DNA of 33,856 nt, from NCBI GenBank assembly GCA_045617445.1, contig JAZLIP010000061.1:1-33856 (forward strand). The letters run 5' to 3'. Positions 17,815 through 27,871 of this stretch are shown here, piece after piece. The DNA is from Lachnospiraceae bacterium. GTDB lineage: Bacteria; Bacillota; Clostridia; Lachnospirales; Lachnospiraceae. The notes below the pieces were generated by a model. The model had not been told where the DNA came from. It saw only the letters and a program-made list of their open reading frames with translations, and ran no database searches. The translations under genes were made by a program, and so were the position numbers. Numbering within the stretch: the first letter of the stretch is position 1; each line of letters opens with the position of its first letter.

Positions 17815-19293
17815 ATGAATTGGAAACAATTAATGTGTGATGAGCGCATAAGACAAAATAATTACAGGAAAAACCGTCCGTCAAATGATTTGAGAACGGA
17901 GTTTGAGAAAGATTATCACCGTATTATTTCAAGTGCGTCTTTTAGAAGGTTACAGGATAAAACACAGGTCTTTCCGCTGGACAAAAGTGATTTTATAAGG
18001 ACAAGGCTGACACATTCACTAGAGGTTTCCTCTTTCGCCAAATCCTTGGGACAAACTGTCGGGACATCTGTAATTAACCAAAAACTCGATCCTGATTTTG
18101 ACGAGCAAACACGTGATGATATATGTAATGTACTTCAATGTGCGGGGCTTATTCACGACATAGGCAATCCTGCGTTTGGACATTTTGGCGAGAGCGCTAT
18201 TCAGGACTGGTTTAAGAAGAATCTTGAAAAACTGGAGTATGACGGTGTTAAGCTTACCGAAATTCTAACCTCGCAGATGCAACAGGATTTTTATAATTTT
18301 GAAGGGAATACTCAGGCATTCCGAGTTGTTACCAAGTTGCATTTTCTTGTGGACGAGCATGGAATGAATCTGACAAAAGCATTGCTTGCAACAATCATTA
18401 AATATCCGTGTTCTTCACTTGAAATACGTTATGATAGAACTGATGAAAATCGCGATATAAAGCATAAGAAAATGGGCTATTTTTGCGCGGATGCTGAGAA
18501 TTTCATCAATGTTGTTGAAAGTTGCGGGACAAAGGGCGTTAGACATCCTTTGACTTATCTTTTGGAAGCGGCGGATGATATTGCCTATAATACCGCGGAT
18601 ATTGAGGATTCGATTAAGAAGGGGTGCATTGACTATTCGAAGCTTCTCTTGGAACTTAAAACTTTTGCTGACAAAATTAGAATCGAAAAATTTATTGACA
18701 GTGAAAATGTAACCGATGCGGCATTTGAAAATATAAATACATTGATTGCGAGTCTTGAAAAGTATCATGCACGTGCAGTTGATTGCGGATATAGCAATCC
18801 TGATTTGTATGCGGTTTCCAATTGCATGGTTGTTGCACAGGGGATATTGATTAAATGCGCAACGGATTCTTTTGTAGACAATTATGATGCAATAATGGCA
18901 GGTGATTTTAAACGTGATTTGCTTTCTGCTTCAAACGGAAATTATATTATTGATGCACTTTCCGATATTGCATACAGGTATGTGTTCATTTCGAAACCTA
19001 TTTTGAAATTAGAGGTTGCTGCAGATTGTATTTTTGATTTCCTTCTTACAAAATTTGTAAATGCTTTTATCTACTATGACACATCTTTATGGAACCGTAA
19101 GAAAAATGCTGTTGCCGATAAACTTACAAGACTTATTTCAGATGATTATTTAAGGATATATAAAGTATATTCTGAAGGTATGAGTGAAGATGTCAAACTT
19201 TATTTACGTTTGTTGCTGGTTACTGATTATATTTGCGGTATGACTGACGGATTTGCCAAGAGACTTTATCAGGAACTTAATGGAATAAGCTGA
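17815..19293 (+). CDS. dgt: Dgt-type deoxyguanosinetriphosphate triphosphohydrolase (HD-domain dNTPase)
   Basis: Motifs DYHRIISSASFRRLQDKTQVFPL, RTRLTHSLEVS and GLIHDIGNPAFGH resemble enterobacterial Dgt. I prefer the ATG at 17815 (GGAGGGG RBS). The track start at 17752 lies inside the upstream hairpin. Confidence 0.85.
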   Translation: MNWKQLMCDERIRQNNYRKNRPSNDLRTEFEKDYHRIISSASFRRLQDKTQVFPLDKSDFIRTRLTHSLEVSSFAKSLGQTVGTSVINQKLDPDFDEQTRDDICNVLQCAGLIHDIGNPAFGHFGESAIQDWFKKNLEKLEYDGVKLTEILTSQMQQDFYNFEGNTQAFRVVTKLHFLVDEHGMNLTKALLATIIKYPCSSLEIRYDRTDENRDIKHKKMGYFCADAENFINVVESCGTKGVRHPLTYLLEAADDIAYNTADIEDSIKKGCIDYSKLLLELKTFADKIRIEKFIDSENVTDAAFENINTLIASLEKYHARAVDCGYSNPDLYAVSNCMVVAQGILIKCATDSFVDNYDAIMAGDFKRDLLSASNGNYIIDALSDIAYRYVFISKPILKLEVAADCIFDFLLTKFVNAFIYYDTSLWNRKKNAVADKLTRLISDDYLRIYKVYSEGMSEDVKLYLRLLLVTDYICGMTDGFAKRLYQELNGIS

Positions 19294-19386
19294 GTGTTTA
19301 ATATTTCTTTCGGAATGGAGATTAGCGTGAAAGATAAATTTAAGCTTTTAAAATGACAATTGTGTTTAGAAAAAATATGTGAGTAC

Positions 19387-21333
19387 ATGGCTTTGGGTAT
19401 GGTATTCTTACTCATTATTTTTGTTGCTTTTCTTAATCTTAAGAGATGCACAAATTATGTGGAGTTTGATGAGGCCAAGCTTTACAGACATTGTATTGAA
19501 ATGTTTAGGAATAAATCGATTCTGATTGAGGGATGGGATTATATTTCAACAATGGAACTGGATTGTACATTACTGTTTGCACTTCCGATTTATGCGGTAA
19601 TTAAGGATATATATCTTGCATTCGGGATTGCAAACCTTATATTCCTAGGAATATATCTGGTTGTTATATGGGACATATTAAATAAAATAACCGCCAAAAG
19701 AATATATAAATATTTTGCCGTAGTAATGTTCCTGCTTCCATATAGAATCGGGATGCTTGAATATCTTAATATGATGTTCTTTAATGGCGGGCAGTATGTG
19801 GTGAAGGTTCTGATTCCGCTCATTGCAATCGATCTTTTTACTGAGGAACCTTCGGAACTGTTTAAAATAAAAAATATAATTTTTCTGTGTTTGTTCGGAT
19901 TCCTGTTTGTAATTACTTCGATGTCGAGCGGAACTTATGTATTGTTAAGCGGAATAATTCCATTGATATTCTGTGCTTTTTATAATGTCATTATTTCGGG
20001 AACATGGAAGAATATGAATCGTAGAAGAATTTTTCTGATTGTATATTCATTTGTATGCTTCTTGATAGGATATTTTTTGTGCAGAGTATTGAATGTGGCA
20101 CCAAACAGTGAGGGTACGGATTTTACGGCCGTAGTTGATTTCGTTGATAACATTAAGCTTACATTTTGGGGATATTTAAGCATTTTCTTTGATTCGGCCG
20201 CTGTCTCCGTTTTAAGTCTTAACGGACTTAAATATCTTGTTAGAATTGGCTTTACCGTTATTTTTACAATTTTGATTATTATTAATGTAAGGAAAACGTT
20301 TGATTTTAAACATGCGAAGAGTACCTTGGCTGAAGATATGTTGAGATTTCTGACGTTTCCTTTTGTGGTTACTGCGATTATTCTTAATCTTACGAGATGC
20401 TGCTTTAGTGATGTTTACTATCCGGAGCGATATTTCTTTATCGGAATAGTTCCTCTGTTTTTGAGCTTTCCGTATTTTATGAGTAATATCGAAAAGCTTG
20501 AAAACAAATTGCTTTCAAAATGTTTGGAGTTTGTTGTTTTCATGGTTATTGCGTTGATGATTCCTGTTTGTATTCAGGATACGATTGCCGGAATCAGAAC
20601 AGGATATGAAGGCGGATATGCGCATGTGAAAACACTTTGCGATTACGTAAAGAGAACAGATGTTAATACTGTATATTTCCTGCATAATTTGCCGGATTGT
20701 GAAGTCGCAAGACTTTTTGATGCGGACAGAAAGTATACTATTATTAAACTTAATGATGATGGCGTTCCGACACTTGATTCAAGAGATTTTTATTCTGCGG
20801 CTACGGACAGAGGCTATTATGATGATACAAATTTCCTTGTAGTTAGGGAGGGGAGCGGATATTTTGAAATGCTTCCGGAATATCTTAGAAGCTCGTATGT
20901 TGAAGAAACAAGGGTTGCCGGTTACGTGATTTATAAATCCATGGAAAACAAGTTTGATAATATGTCGGGATTTCCGGCTACAGGTGCTGATTATGCTGTG
21001 GATTACGCATATACTCCTGGATATACTTATTTTGGAAATATAAATTTGTATGGTTATCTTGAAACACAGAGTACGGATAATTTCGTTTTGCTTAGTCCGG
21101 AAATCATGAAATATCCGGGGAACGAAACAATATCTCTTTATTTTGAAACTATGAGCGGAAGTGGTTCGTTATGTCTTAGAGACAAAGATATGAATATAAT
21201 TGATGAAACCGTGATTGAAGAGAATACTGAGAAGGTGACGCTAAATTCTGATTACGTCGGTATGTGTTATGTGACTGTATTTTTGAATGATGGTGCGAAT
21301 GCAGTAATCAAGAATCTGGTATATGCTCCGTGA
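19387..21333 (+). CDS. GT-C-like polytopic membrane glycosyltransferase candidate (ArnT/PMT_2-like first loop) with C-terminal soluble domain
   Basis: About 648 aa with many TM segments. The first loop after TM1 reads VEFDEAKLYRHCIEMF, resembling the DE..Y....EM loop of ArnT/PMT-type GT-C enzymes. The hydrophilic C-terminus is ~230 aa. The start is uncertain (ATG 19387 or TTG 19360). Confidence 0.55.
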   Translation: MALGMVFLLIIFVAFLNLKRCTNYVEFDEAKLYRHCIEMFRNKSILIEGWDYISTMELDCTLLFALPIYAVIKDIYLAFGIANLIFLGIYLVVIWDILNKITAKRIYKYFAVVMFLLPYRIGMLEYLNMMFFNGGQYVVKVLIPLIAIDLFTEEPSELFKIKNIIFLCLFGFLFVITSMSSGTYVLLSGIIPLIFCAFYNVIISGTWKNMNRRRIFLIVYSFVCFLIGYFLCRVLNVAPNSEGTDFTAVVDFVDNIKLTFWGYLSIFFDSAAVSVLSLNGLKYLVRIGFTVIFTILIIINVRKTFDFKHAKSTLAEDMLRFLTFPFVVTAIILNLTRCCFSDVYYPERYFFIGIVPLFLSFPYFMSNIEKLENKLLSKCLEFVVFMVIALMIPVCIQDTIAGIRTGYEGGYAHVKTLCDYVKRTDVNTVYFLHNLPDCEVARLFDADRKYTIIKLNDDGVPTLDSRDFYSAATDRGYYDDTNFLVVREGSGYFEMLPEYLRSSYVEETRVAGYVIYKSMENKFDNMSGFPATGADYAVDYAYTPGYTYFGNINLYGYLETQSTDNFVLLSPEIMKYPGNETISLYFETMSGSGSLCLRDKDMNIIDETVIEENTEKVTLNSDYVGMCYVTVFLNDGANAVIKNLVYAP

Positions 21334-21398
21334 GCGGAGTTTTAAATAAAATGAAAGGAAAAGTTATTGTTTTTTGATGGCAGTGACACGAATATATA

Positions 21399-22460
21399 TT
21401 GAAGAAAGAAAAATTGCATTATCTTGATATTGCAAGAGGAATTGGAATAATTGTAGTTATACTTGCGCATGTTGATACGGGTGATAATCCGGTATGTTCA
21501 TGGATTGGCTCTTTTTGCATGTCAATTTTTTTTGTTGTTTCGGGAGCGCTTCTTTTCTATCTTGACGGATGGCGCAAGGAATCTTTTTGGAGTATTGTCG
21601 TTAAGAGGCTTAAAGGTGTTCTTTATCCGTATTTTACTTTCAGTGCACTTGTTATTGCATTTTATGCTTTTTTGCGTATTGTATTCAGACAGGGCAGCTT
21701 TTCAAATATTCTTGAAATTGCAAAGAGTACGGTTCGCTTAGAGGGCTATGATGCACTTTGGTTTATGCCGACACTTTTTTTTGCGGAATTGATTTTTCTG
21801 CTCTATATGCGTTTTGTTCCGGAGAAGAAAACAGGAAGAAGTAAAGATATACTTGAATATTTGGGATTTTTCGTTACGCTTGCCTTAAGCTTGATTTTAT
21901 ATGCAATTCTACATTACGGGATTATTGAAGAGTATGCCGATGGATGGTTTGGCGTAGTCAAGATTACACGTGTATTAATGTCTGCCGTTTTTATTTATGC
22001 CGGTTATTTCTATTTTAAGTTTAAAGATAAATTAATTGCCTGTAACAGAAAAGTTGTATCAGCTGTTATGATTGCAATTCTTCTTCTTGATCCGATTGTG
22101 TGTCAGCCGAACCATTTTGTAGATTATGCATTTGTAAGAATTGTAAGTTTACCATTACTTTATGTTTGCGGTATTCTTGTGCCGGTTGCTATTCTCTATT
22201 TGCTTGAGGTATATAACGTAAGAAGTAAATGCTTTGAATTTTTTGGAAAAAATTCACTTACTATGATGGCAACTCATAATCCGATTCCTTTGCTTGTGAC
22301 GGTGAGGAGTTTGTATAAAGATTTTGCTCCGGGCATTTACCGTTATCTTGATGATGTGATTATTCTTGTGATTATTGTTTTACTTGAAATCCCACTTGTA
22401 ATGTTGATTAACAAATTTTTGCCATTTCTTGTGAGATTTCCTAAAAAAGGAACTAAGTAA
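21399..22460 (+). CDS. Acyltransferase family 3 (OafA/WecH-like integral membrane O-acetyltransferase)
   Basis: 353-aa polytopic ORF beginning KLHYLDIARGIGIIVVILAHV, a typical AT3 N-terminus with the conserved His. The apparent TTG start makes the start position uncertain. Confidence 0.7.
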   Translation: MKKEKLHYLDIARGIGIIVVILAHVDTGDNPVCSWIGSFCMSIFFVVSGALLFYLDGWRKESFWSIVVKRLKGVLYPYFTFSALVIAFYAFLRIVFRQGSFSNILEIAKSTVRLEGYDALWFMPTLFFAELIFLLYMRFVPEKKTGRSKDILEYLGFFVTLALSLILYAILHYGIIEEYADGWFGVVKITRVLMSAVFIYAGYFYFKFKDKLIACNRKVVSAVMIAILLLDPIVCQPNHFVDYAFVRIVSLPLLYVCGILVPVAILYLLEVYNVRSKCFEFFGKNSLTMMATHNPIPLLVTVRSLYKDFAPGIYRYLDDVIILVIIVLLEIPLVMLINKFLPFLVRFPKKGTK

Positions 22461-24007
22461 TGAACAGTGGAAACCGAACTTCAAATACTATCAGAAATAC
22501 CTCCGTTGCTCTTGTATGTCAGGTGATAAGAACGGTATTTAGTTTTATTTGCCGTGTCGTATTTGCAAGATGTCTGGCGAGGGTTTATCTCGGACTTGAC
22601 GGTGTGTTTGCAAATGTAATAGGTATACTTTCATTGGCTGAACTTGGCATCGGTTCTGCGCTTGAGTATGAATTGTTTCAGGCAGTAGCAAAAGGCGATG
22701 ATGGGGAAACCGCCGCTATGGTGAAGTATTATAAGAAGATTTTTTCATTCATCAGCATTGCGATTTCCGGGATAGGTGTAATTGCAATTCCTCTTGCCAA
22801 TTGGTATGTCGGAAAATACGGTAATCTTGAGGGAGTGTCCGAAAGTATTACACTTATTTATCTGCTTTATCTTGCGAATACGGTTATTTCATATTTGAAT
22901 CTTGATAAGAAAGCAATTATATGTGCATATCAGGATACTTATATTGATTCCATTGCAAAGGAAGCAATAGTAAGCGTCCAAAATATCGTACAATTCGTAT
23001 TGCTTATTTGCACACGAAATATTATTGTGTATCTAATCTGTCAGGTTTTATTTACCTTCATATACAATCAAACAATCAGAATCATTGCGATTAAGCGATA
23101 TCCTGCCATTAATATTTCAAATCCGCCGGAGGTATCCGCAACAAAAAAACGCAGGATGCTTGAGAATGTCAAAGCACTTTTTATTGTTCGATTGTCAATT
23201 GCACTTGTATCTGCGACCGATAACCTGATTGTAACAGCTTTTTGCGGGCTGGAGATGACCGGTGTAAACAGCAATTATACGGTAATAATGTCATGCCTTA
23301 ATAACTTTGCATACAAAATACGTGAAAGTTTAACACCAAGTCTCGGAAATTTGAATGCGAAGGAAAATGATGAGAAGAAAATCAGCATTCTTTATGAATT
23401 GATGTTTGGAAGCTTCTGGTTGTATATGTTGTGTACTGTCGGTTTCAATTGTCTTGTTCAGGATGTTGTTCTTCTTTGTTTTGGTGAACGCTACATTATT
23501 GAGTATCCTGTAGTAGTAATTACAGGTGTTAATTTTTTTGTACTTCAAATGCAGGTGCTTCCGGATATGTATAAATCAACTTTGGGATTATTCAAATACG
23601 GAAGATTTGTTGCATTAACCAAAGGCATTCTTAACATTATTATTTCAATACTTTTGGGAAAAGTCTGGGGTGTGTTTGGTATTCTTTTTGCCACATTTAT
23701 TTCGATGGTTGTCACTGAGGTTTGGTATACGCCATATATTATTTTCAAAAAAGGTCTTAATCGCTCGCCGCTTGGGTATTATAAGAAAATATTGCTGCTG
23801 TGGGGTGAAGCAGTATTGATTTTTACAATTACATATTATATATGTGAGCTGTTTAAATTGCCGCTTATTTTGGATATGTGTGCGCGTTTTGCGGTGTGCA
23901 TGATTGTACCGAATGTTATAGTCTATATTTTTCATCATAGAACCGAAGCATATAGTAATTTGGTCGGAAGAATTTATCTCCGTGGGAGAAGACACCCACT
24001 TCTATAA
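22460..24007 (+). CDS. Wzx-type (MOP superfamily) oligosaccharide flippase
   Basis: 515-aa ORF with about 12-14 TM segments. The N-terminus NTIRNTSVALVCQVIRTVFSFICRVVFARCL..GLDGVF..ILSLAELGIGSAL is typical of polysaccharide biosynthesis flippases. Its ATG overlaps the upstream stop (TAATG). Confidence 0.75.
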   Translation: MNSGNRTSNTIRNTSVALVCQVIRTVFSFICRVVFARCLARVYLGLDGVFANVIGILSLAELGIGSALEYELFQAVAKGDDGETAAMVKYYKKIFSFISIAISGIGVIAIPLANWYVGKYGNLEGVSESITLIYLLYLANTVISYLNLDKKAIICAYQDTYIDSIAKEAIVSVQNIVQFVLLICTRNIIVYLICQVLFTFIYNQTIRIIAIKRYPAINISNPPEVSATKKRRMLENVKALFIVRLSIALVSATDNLIVTAFCGLEMTGVNSNYTVIMSCLNNFAYKIRESLTPSLGNLNAKENDEKKISILYELMFGSFWLYMLCTVGFNCLVQDVVLLCFGERYIIEYPVVVITGVNFFVLQMQVLPDMYKSTLGLFKYGRFVALTKGILNIIISILLGKVWGVFGILFATFISMVVTEVWYTPYIIFKKGLNRSPLGYYKKILLLWGEAVLIFTITYYICELFKLPLILDMCARFAVCMIVPNVIVYIFHHRTEAYSNLVGRIYLRGRRHPLL

Positions 24008-24035
24008 GTGGGTGAATGAGCGAGCGAGTCTTGAA
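23972..24035 (+). repeat. S-element copy A
   Basis: atttatctccgtgggagaagacacccacttctataagtgggtgaatgagcgagcgagtcttgaa. It is homologous to 30567-30624 and 33011-33055. It overlaps the last 12 codons and the stop of the flippase ORF. Confidence 0.75.
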
Positions 24036-24108
24036 AATATCGGTCTTATGAGAAAAATAAGGAAAATGGTTGTGCGGAAATAAATGTTTAATTCGAAGGT
24101 GTGCTGTT

Positions 24109-25878
24109 ATGATAATGACAAGAATTACAGGCGGGCTTGCAAATCAGATTTTTGAATATATGACTGCCTATGCTTTATCAGTTAAATATGATGTGGAACT
24201 GATTCTTGATGTGTCAGAGACCGCTTCACAATTTCGGGGATTTCTTTTGGATGAACTCAATATTCCGGATTACAGGAAGGTTTATTATGATTATAAGCCT
24301 GCAAACGTAGGTGATTTGTATATTCATGAAGATATTTTGAAGAATTATACCATCTGCGTTCATTACCTGTATGCGAAAGGAAATAATATAACGACTGTGC
24401 CGTTTGGAAAGTTGTTGACAACATTTTCGCTTGAAGAAATCGGAGAGTGTATTAAAAACGGTGAAAATGTATATATATACGGTTCGTTTGATGAGAAGGC
24501 ATTGTATCTTAAGAAACCGTATTGGAAGGATTTGCGAGCACAGATTTCAATGAAGAATCCACCGGCGATTTTTGATAAATTTGTTAGTCGGACGAATAAC
24601 GAGGAAACGGTTGCACTTCATATAAGACGCGGTGATTATATGTTTGTTGACAGAGTTACGGTTCCTTCGGGGGACTATTACAGAAGTTCGATTTCCTATT
24701 TTAGAAAACGACTTAACAACCCGAAGTTTTATGTATTTACCGATGATGCGGAGTGGGCATCGGGAGAACTTGGGTTTGCTGAAGATATTTTCTATTTCTC
24801 AGGATTTGGAGGAATGGATATTGATATATGCGAGATGTTTTGTATTTCAAAATGCAAATATAAAATACTGAGTTATTATAGTGGATATTCTTCTTTGGCA
24901 GATTTACTTAATACCGATAAGAATTGTATTACGATACGCGGTTATAATGACAATCGCAGTTATATAAGCTTTACCGAACGTGCGGTAATTGATGCGAAAC
25001 TCATTATAAAACATGTCATAGGTAAGTTCAAAAACAGAAAAAATACATCTGAGAATCCGTTTATCTCCATAGGAAAAAAACAGAAGCTTAATTTGGAATA
25101 TGAAACGGTACGTGAACAACGAGTGAAGTCACAGAAACTGTTGCAGGCAATTCTTGATACACCGGACGACAATCTTGACAAAGATTTTATTGAAACAATT
25201 GATGAGTTTGGACTGGATTCGATATTTGTTTCGGCTGATGCAATAAAACAAATTTTGCGAAAGAAATTTATTGCTTTGGTGAATTGCAATATGGATGAAA
25301 GTGCATGGCTTATATTGCATAAAATAAGATTTGAATTTGATGACTCTGATTTTGAAACAGCAGTTTGCAAATTGTATGAAAGGTTATCACTTGCGTACGG
25401 TAAGAATGAGGAACCGGTTAATTATATTATGATGCCGGGAGCGCATTACTCAGATCCGTCGGTACGTCTTCACGGGTTGACTCTTATGGGAGTCAGATAT
25501 AAAGAGTGCGGAAATTACGTGAGTTTTATCTTTAAACCAAACAGGTTTTACAATCATTTCCTTGATATTTACGAAATGCTGACGGATGCCGATAAGACAA
25601 ATTACCATTGCAGGCAGTTTAAGGAAGAAAAATTTCAAAAGACTAAAGCATTTTTGGGAGAACTGCTGCGAAGCGATTGTATAAATCGTATATATTATGA
25701 AGATGCTGATTCCTTGGAATTAATCAATGAATGTGTTGATGCTTTGGATAGTAACTTGCGTGAAAATTCAGAAATAGAAATTGTAAAATGGACACAGAAT
25801 ATAGCCAAATTCAGAATGATTGAAATAGATGAAAGATTGCCGTTAATAAGAGCATATGATTTAGAACTGATAAAGTAA
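24109..25878 (+). CDS. GT11 alpha-1,2-fucosyltransferase fused to a ~300-aa C-terminal domain of unknown function
   Basis: GT11 motifs ITGGLANQIFEYMTAYAL, ALHIRRGDY and YVFTDDAEWA lie in the first ~290 aa. The remaining ~300 aa are hydrophilic with no motif I recognise. I prefer the ATG at 24109 (GAAGGTG RBS) over the TTG at 24070. Confidence 0.75.
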   Translation: MIMTRITGGLANQIFEYMTAYALSVKYDVELILDVSETASQFRGFLLDELNIPDYRKVYYDYKPANVGDLYIHEDILKNYTICVHYLYAKGNNITTVPFGKLLTTFSLEEIGECIKNGENVYIYGSFDEKALYLKKPYWKDLRAQISMKNPPAIFDKFVSRTNNEETVALHIRRGDYMFVDRVTVPSGDYYRSSISYFRKRLNNPKFYVFTDDAEWASGELGFAEDIFYFSGFGGMDIDICEMFCISKCKYKILSYYSGYSSLADLLNTDKNCITIRGYNDNRSYISFTERAVIDAKLIIKHVIGKFKNRKNTSENPFISIGKKQKLNLEYETVREQRVKSQKLLQAILDTPDDNLDKDFIETIDEFGLDSIFVSADAIKQILRKKFIALVNCNMDESAWLILHKIRFEFDDSDFETAVCKLYERLSLAYGKNEEPVNYIMMPGAHYSDPSVRLHGLTLMGVRYKECGNYVSFIFKPNRFYNHFLDIYEMLTDADKTNYHCRQFKEEKFQKTKAFLGELLRSDCINRIYYEDADSLELINECVDALDSNLRENSEIEIVKWTQNIAKFRMIEIDERLPLIRAYDLELIK

Positions 25879-26029
25879 TTGGCTGTTACGGGTAGAGACT
25901 TAACAACAATCATATTAGGAATTATATCTATCGGCATTTGATATGGATAGCATTTAAGATATAAACGCTCCAAAATTTGATGTGATTCGTTCACGTCGGT
26001 TTTTGACCGGAAAGGGTTGGTTAAGAATA

Positions 26030-27871
26030 ATGCTTAATAAGATTAAGAATAACAGAATAATTAACAGCCGGGCATTTACAAGCTTAATAATTATTTTGCT
26101 TGCGATTTATCCTATGCGTTTTTGTAATCGTGGATTGGATCTTTGGGATACGGGATTTAATTTGATTAATTTCAAGTATGATGATATAGGAAGCGTTGGA
26201 TCTATGAATTTTTTTGCTTATTTTCTGGCAAATCAAATAGGACATGTTTTTATGTACCTTCCGATTGCGAATACACTTCTTGGAGCAAGAATTGTATGCA
26301 GTTTGTTTATTTCTGCCGAAGTAGTAATATGCAGTCTTTTTTGTATCGGTAAGTTAAAGCTTAATCGGTGGATGGTATTTGCCGGCGAATTCCTTGCGGT
26401 AAGCATTTGCTACAGTCCTTCGGTTATTTTGTATAATCATGTTTCTTTTCTGCTCCTGCTTATTTCCGTTATGCTCATCTATATTGGACTAATGGAGGAG
26501 AAAAAGTATTGTTTGTTCTTGGCAGGTGTGTGTCTTGGTCTGGATGTTTATGTACGATTTTCAAATGCGGTATTTTCGATGCTGATTTTGGCGGTTTTTT
26601 ATTATTTATATCTCAAAAAAGTCAAATTGCCGGGTGTGGTAAAGTGTACGGTTTATTGTATACTTGGTTTTGCTGTTTCGTTTTGCACTGTTTTTACCGG
26701 TATTGGAATACGCTATGGGTTCAATGCTTATTATGATGGGATTGCGAAATTGTTTTCTATGTCTGAAACGGTGGAAACTTATTCTGCATATACAATGCTT
26801 CGGGAAAGCATAATGGGATATTTAAATGGGGGTAAGCTTCTTCTTGCCGTAGTTGTAACTGCTGTACTTGCAATGCTTTTTTATCATCTGTTTTCGTGGA
26901 AATTTGGGAATGCAAATACTGCCAAAATAAAGCTCACGGTTTCCATACTTTTTTCCGGATGTTTAATAGTGTTTTTGGTCGGAGTAAAACTTATTGGTAT
27001 CAATCCTTCTTTTTATGGAATGATTTATTATTCGGCCGGGATGCTTGCCGATTTGGTAATACTTTTCTTTGTTGTAAGTTTCCTGAATAAAGAATGTGAT
27101 TTAAATCAAAAACTTCTTGCTGCATTACTTTTTCTTTGGGTTGTAGTGTTGTCGGTAGGAAGCGGTACAGGCATTTCTCCTGTTATTAACAGTATGTTTC
27201 TTGGAACACCGGTATTGTTTGCCAAGCTTTATGATGGAATAAGGAAAATGTTTGAAGATAACGGGAAATGTTTGGAGCAATTCCATCAGAATGGAGGGTT
27301 GCTAAAAAATGTATATAAATATTTTGAAATGTGCGAGTTCAAAGTCTTTTTAACAAATATATTTGCTGTGCTTTTGATTGTTGTGTTTTTGCAATGCAGT
27401 TTGTTTGGTGCAGTTTATGTTTATGAAGAGGCACTAAACGGTATTTCCGGAAATAGTGAAGTCGCTGATAATCGGGTTCTTTCGGGAATGAAGATGAGTG
27501 AAGAAAGAGCAGGGTTTATTAGCGGGCTTAGTGAATATGTTTCAGGGAATAATTTATATGGAAGTGATTGTATTGTTTACGGATACGCACCGGGGCTTGC
27601 TTATGCACTTGAGTTGAAGCCGGTAATTCCATCATGGCCGGATCTTGAATCCTACAGTGCAGAATCAATGTCTGAGGATGTTGAAAAGCTTTGCCTTGAA
27701 ATTGAAGAAGGTAAAAGGATGTGTCCGGTACTTGTTATAGATAATGAACCATCAACGGGCGGTGTGCCCGATAATCCCTCAAAGATTCGTGTTATTGAAG
27801 ATTTGAAAGAACAGTTTGACTATGAAGAAGTATATACAAACGGAAGGTATTCTATTTGGAGAAGTATATGA
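26030..27871 (+). CDS. GT-C-like polytopic membrane protein with C-terminal soluble domain
   Basis: About 613 aa with many TM segments. An acidic first loop, GLDLWDTGFNLINFKYDD, follows TM1. The hydrophilic C-terminus is ~170 aa. The start is uncertain (ATG 26030 or GTG 25982). Confidence 0.55.
   Translation: MLNKIKNNRIINSRAFTSLIIILLAIYPMRFCNRGLDLWDTGFNLINFKYDDIGSVGSMNFFAYFLANQIGHVFMYLPIANTLLGARIVCSLFISAEVVICSLFCIGKLKLNRWMVFAGEFLAVSICYSPSVILYNHVSFLLLLISVMLIYIGLMEEKKYCLFLAGVCLGLDVYVRFSNAVFSMLILAVFYYLYLKKVKLPGVVKCTVYCILGFAVSFCTVFTGIGIRYGFNAYYDGIAKLFSMSETVETYSAYTMLRESIMGYLNGGKLLLAVVVTAVLAMLFYHLFSWKFGNANTAKIKLTVSILFSGCLIVFLVGVKLIGINPSFYGMIYYSAGMLADLVILFFVVSFLNKECDLNQKLLAALLFLWVVVLSVGSGTGISPVINSMFLGTPVLFAKLYDGIRKMFEDNGKCLEQFHQNGGLLKNVYKYFEMCEFKVFLTNIFAVLLIVVFLQCSLFGAVYVYEEALNGISGNSEVADNRVLSGMKMSEERAGFISGLSEYVSGNNLYGSDCIVYGYAPGLAYALELKPVIPSWPDLESYSAESMSEDVEKLCLEIEEGKRMCPVLVIDNEPSTGGVPDNPSKIRVIEDLKEQFDYEEVYTNGRYSIWRSI

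Noticed and set aside
21326-21343. Small hairpin CTCCG-TGAG-CGGAG followed by TTTT, overlapping the stop codon of the 19387-21333 gene, as a possible terminator.
   Set aside because: A 5-bp stem is too weak to call. The next gene follows in 65 nt and is probably co-transcribed.
25938-25965. Promoter-like TTGATA-16 nt-TATAAA upstream of the 26030 gene.
   Set aside because: Matches of this quality are frequent in AT-rich intergenic DNA, and there is no supporting operator or transcript evidence.
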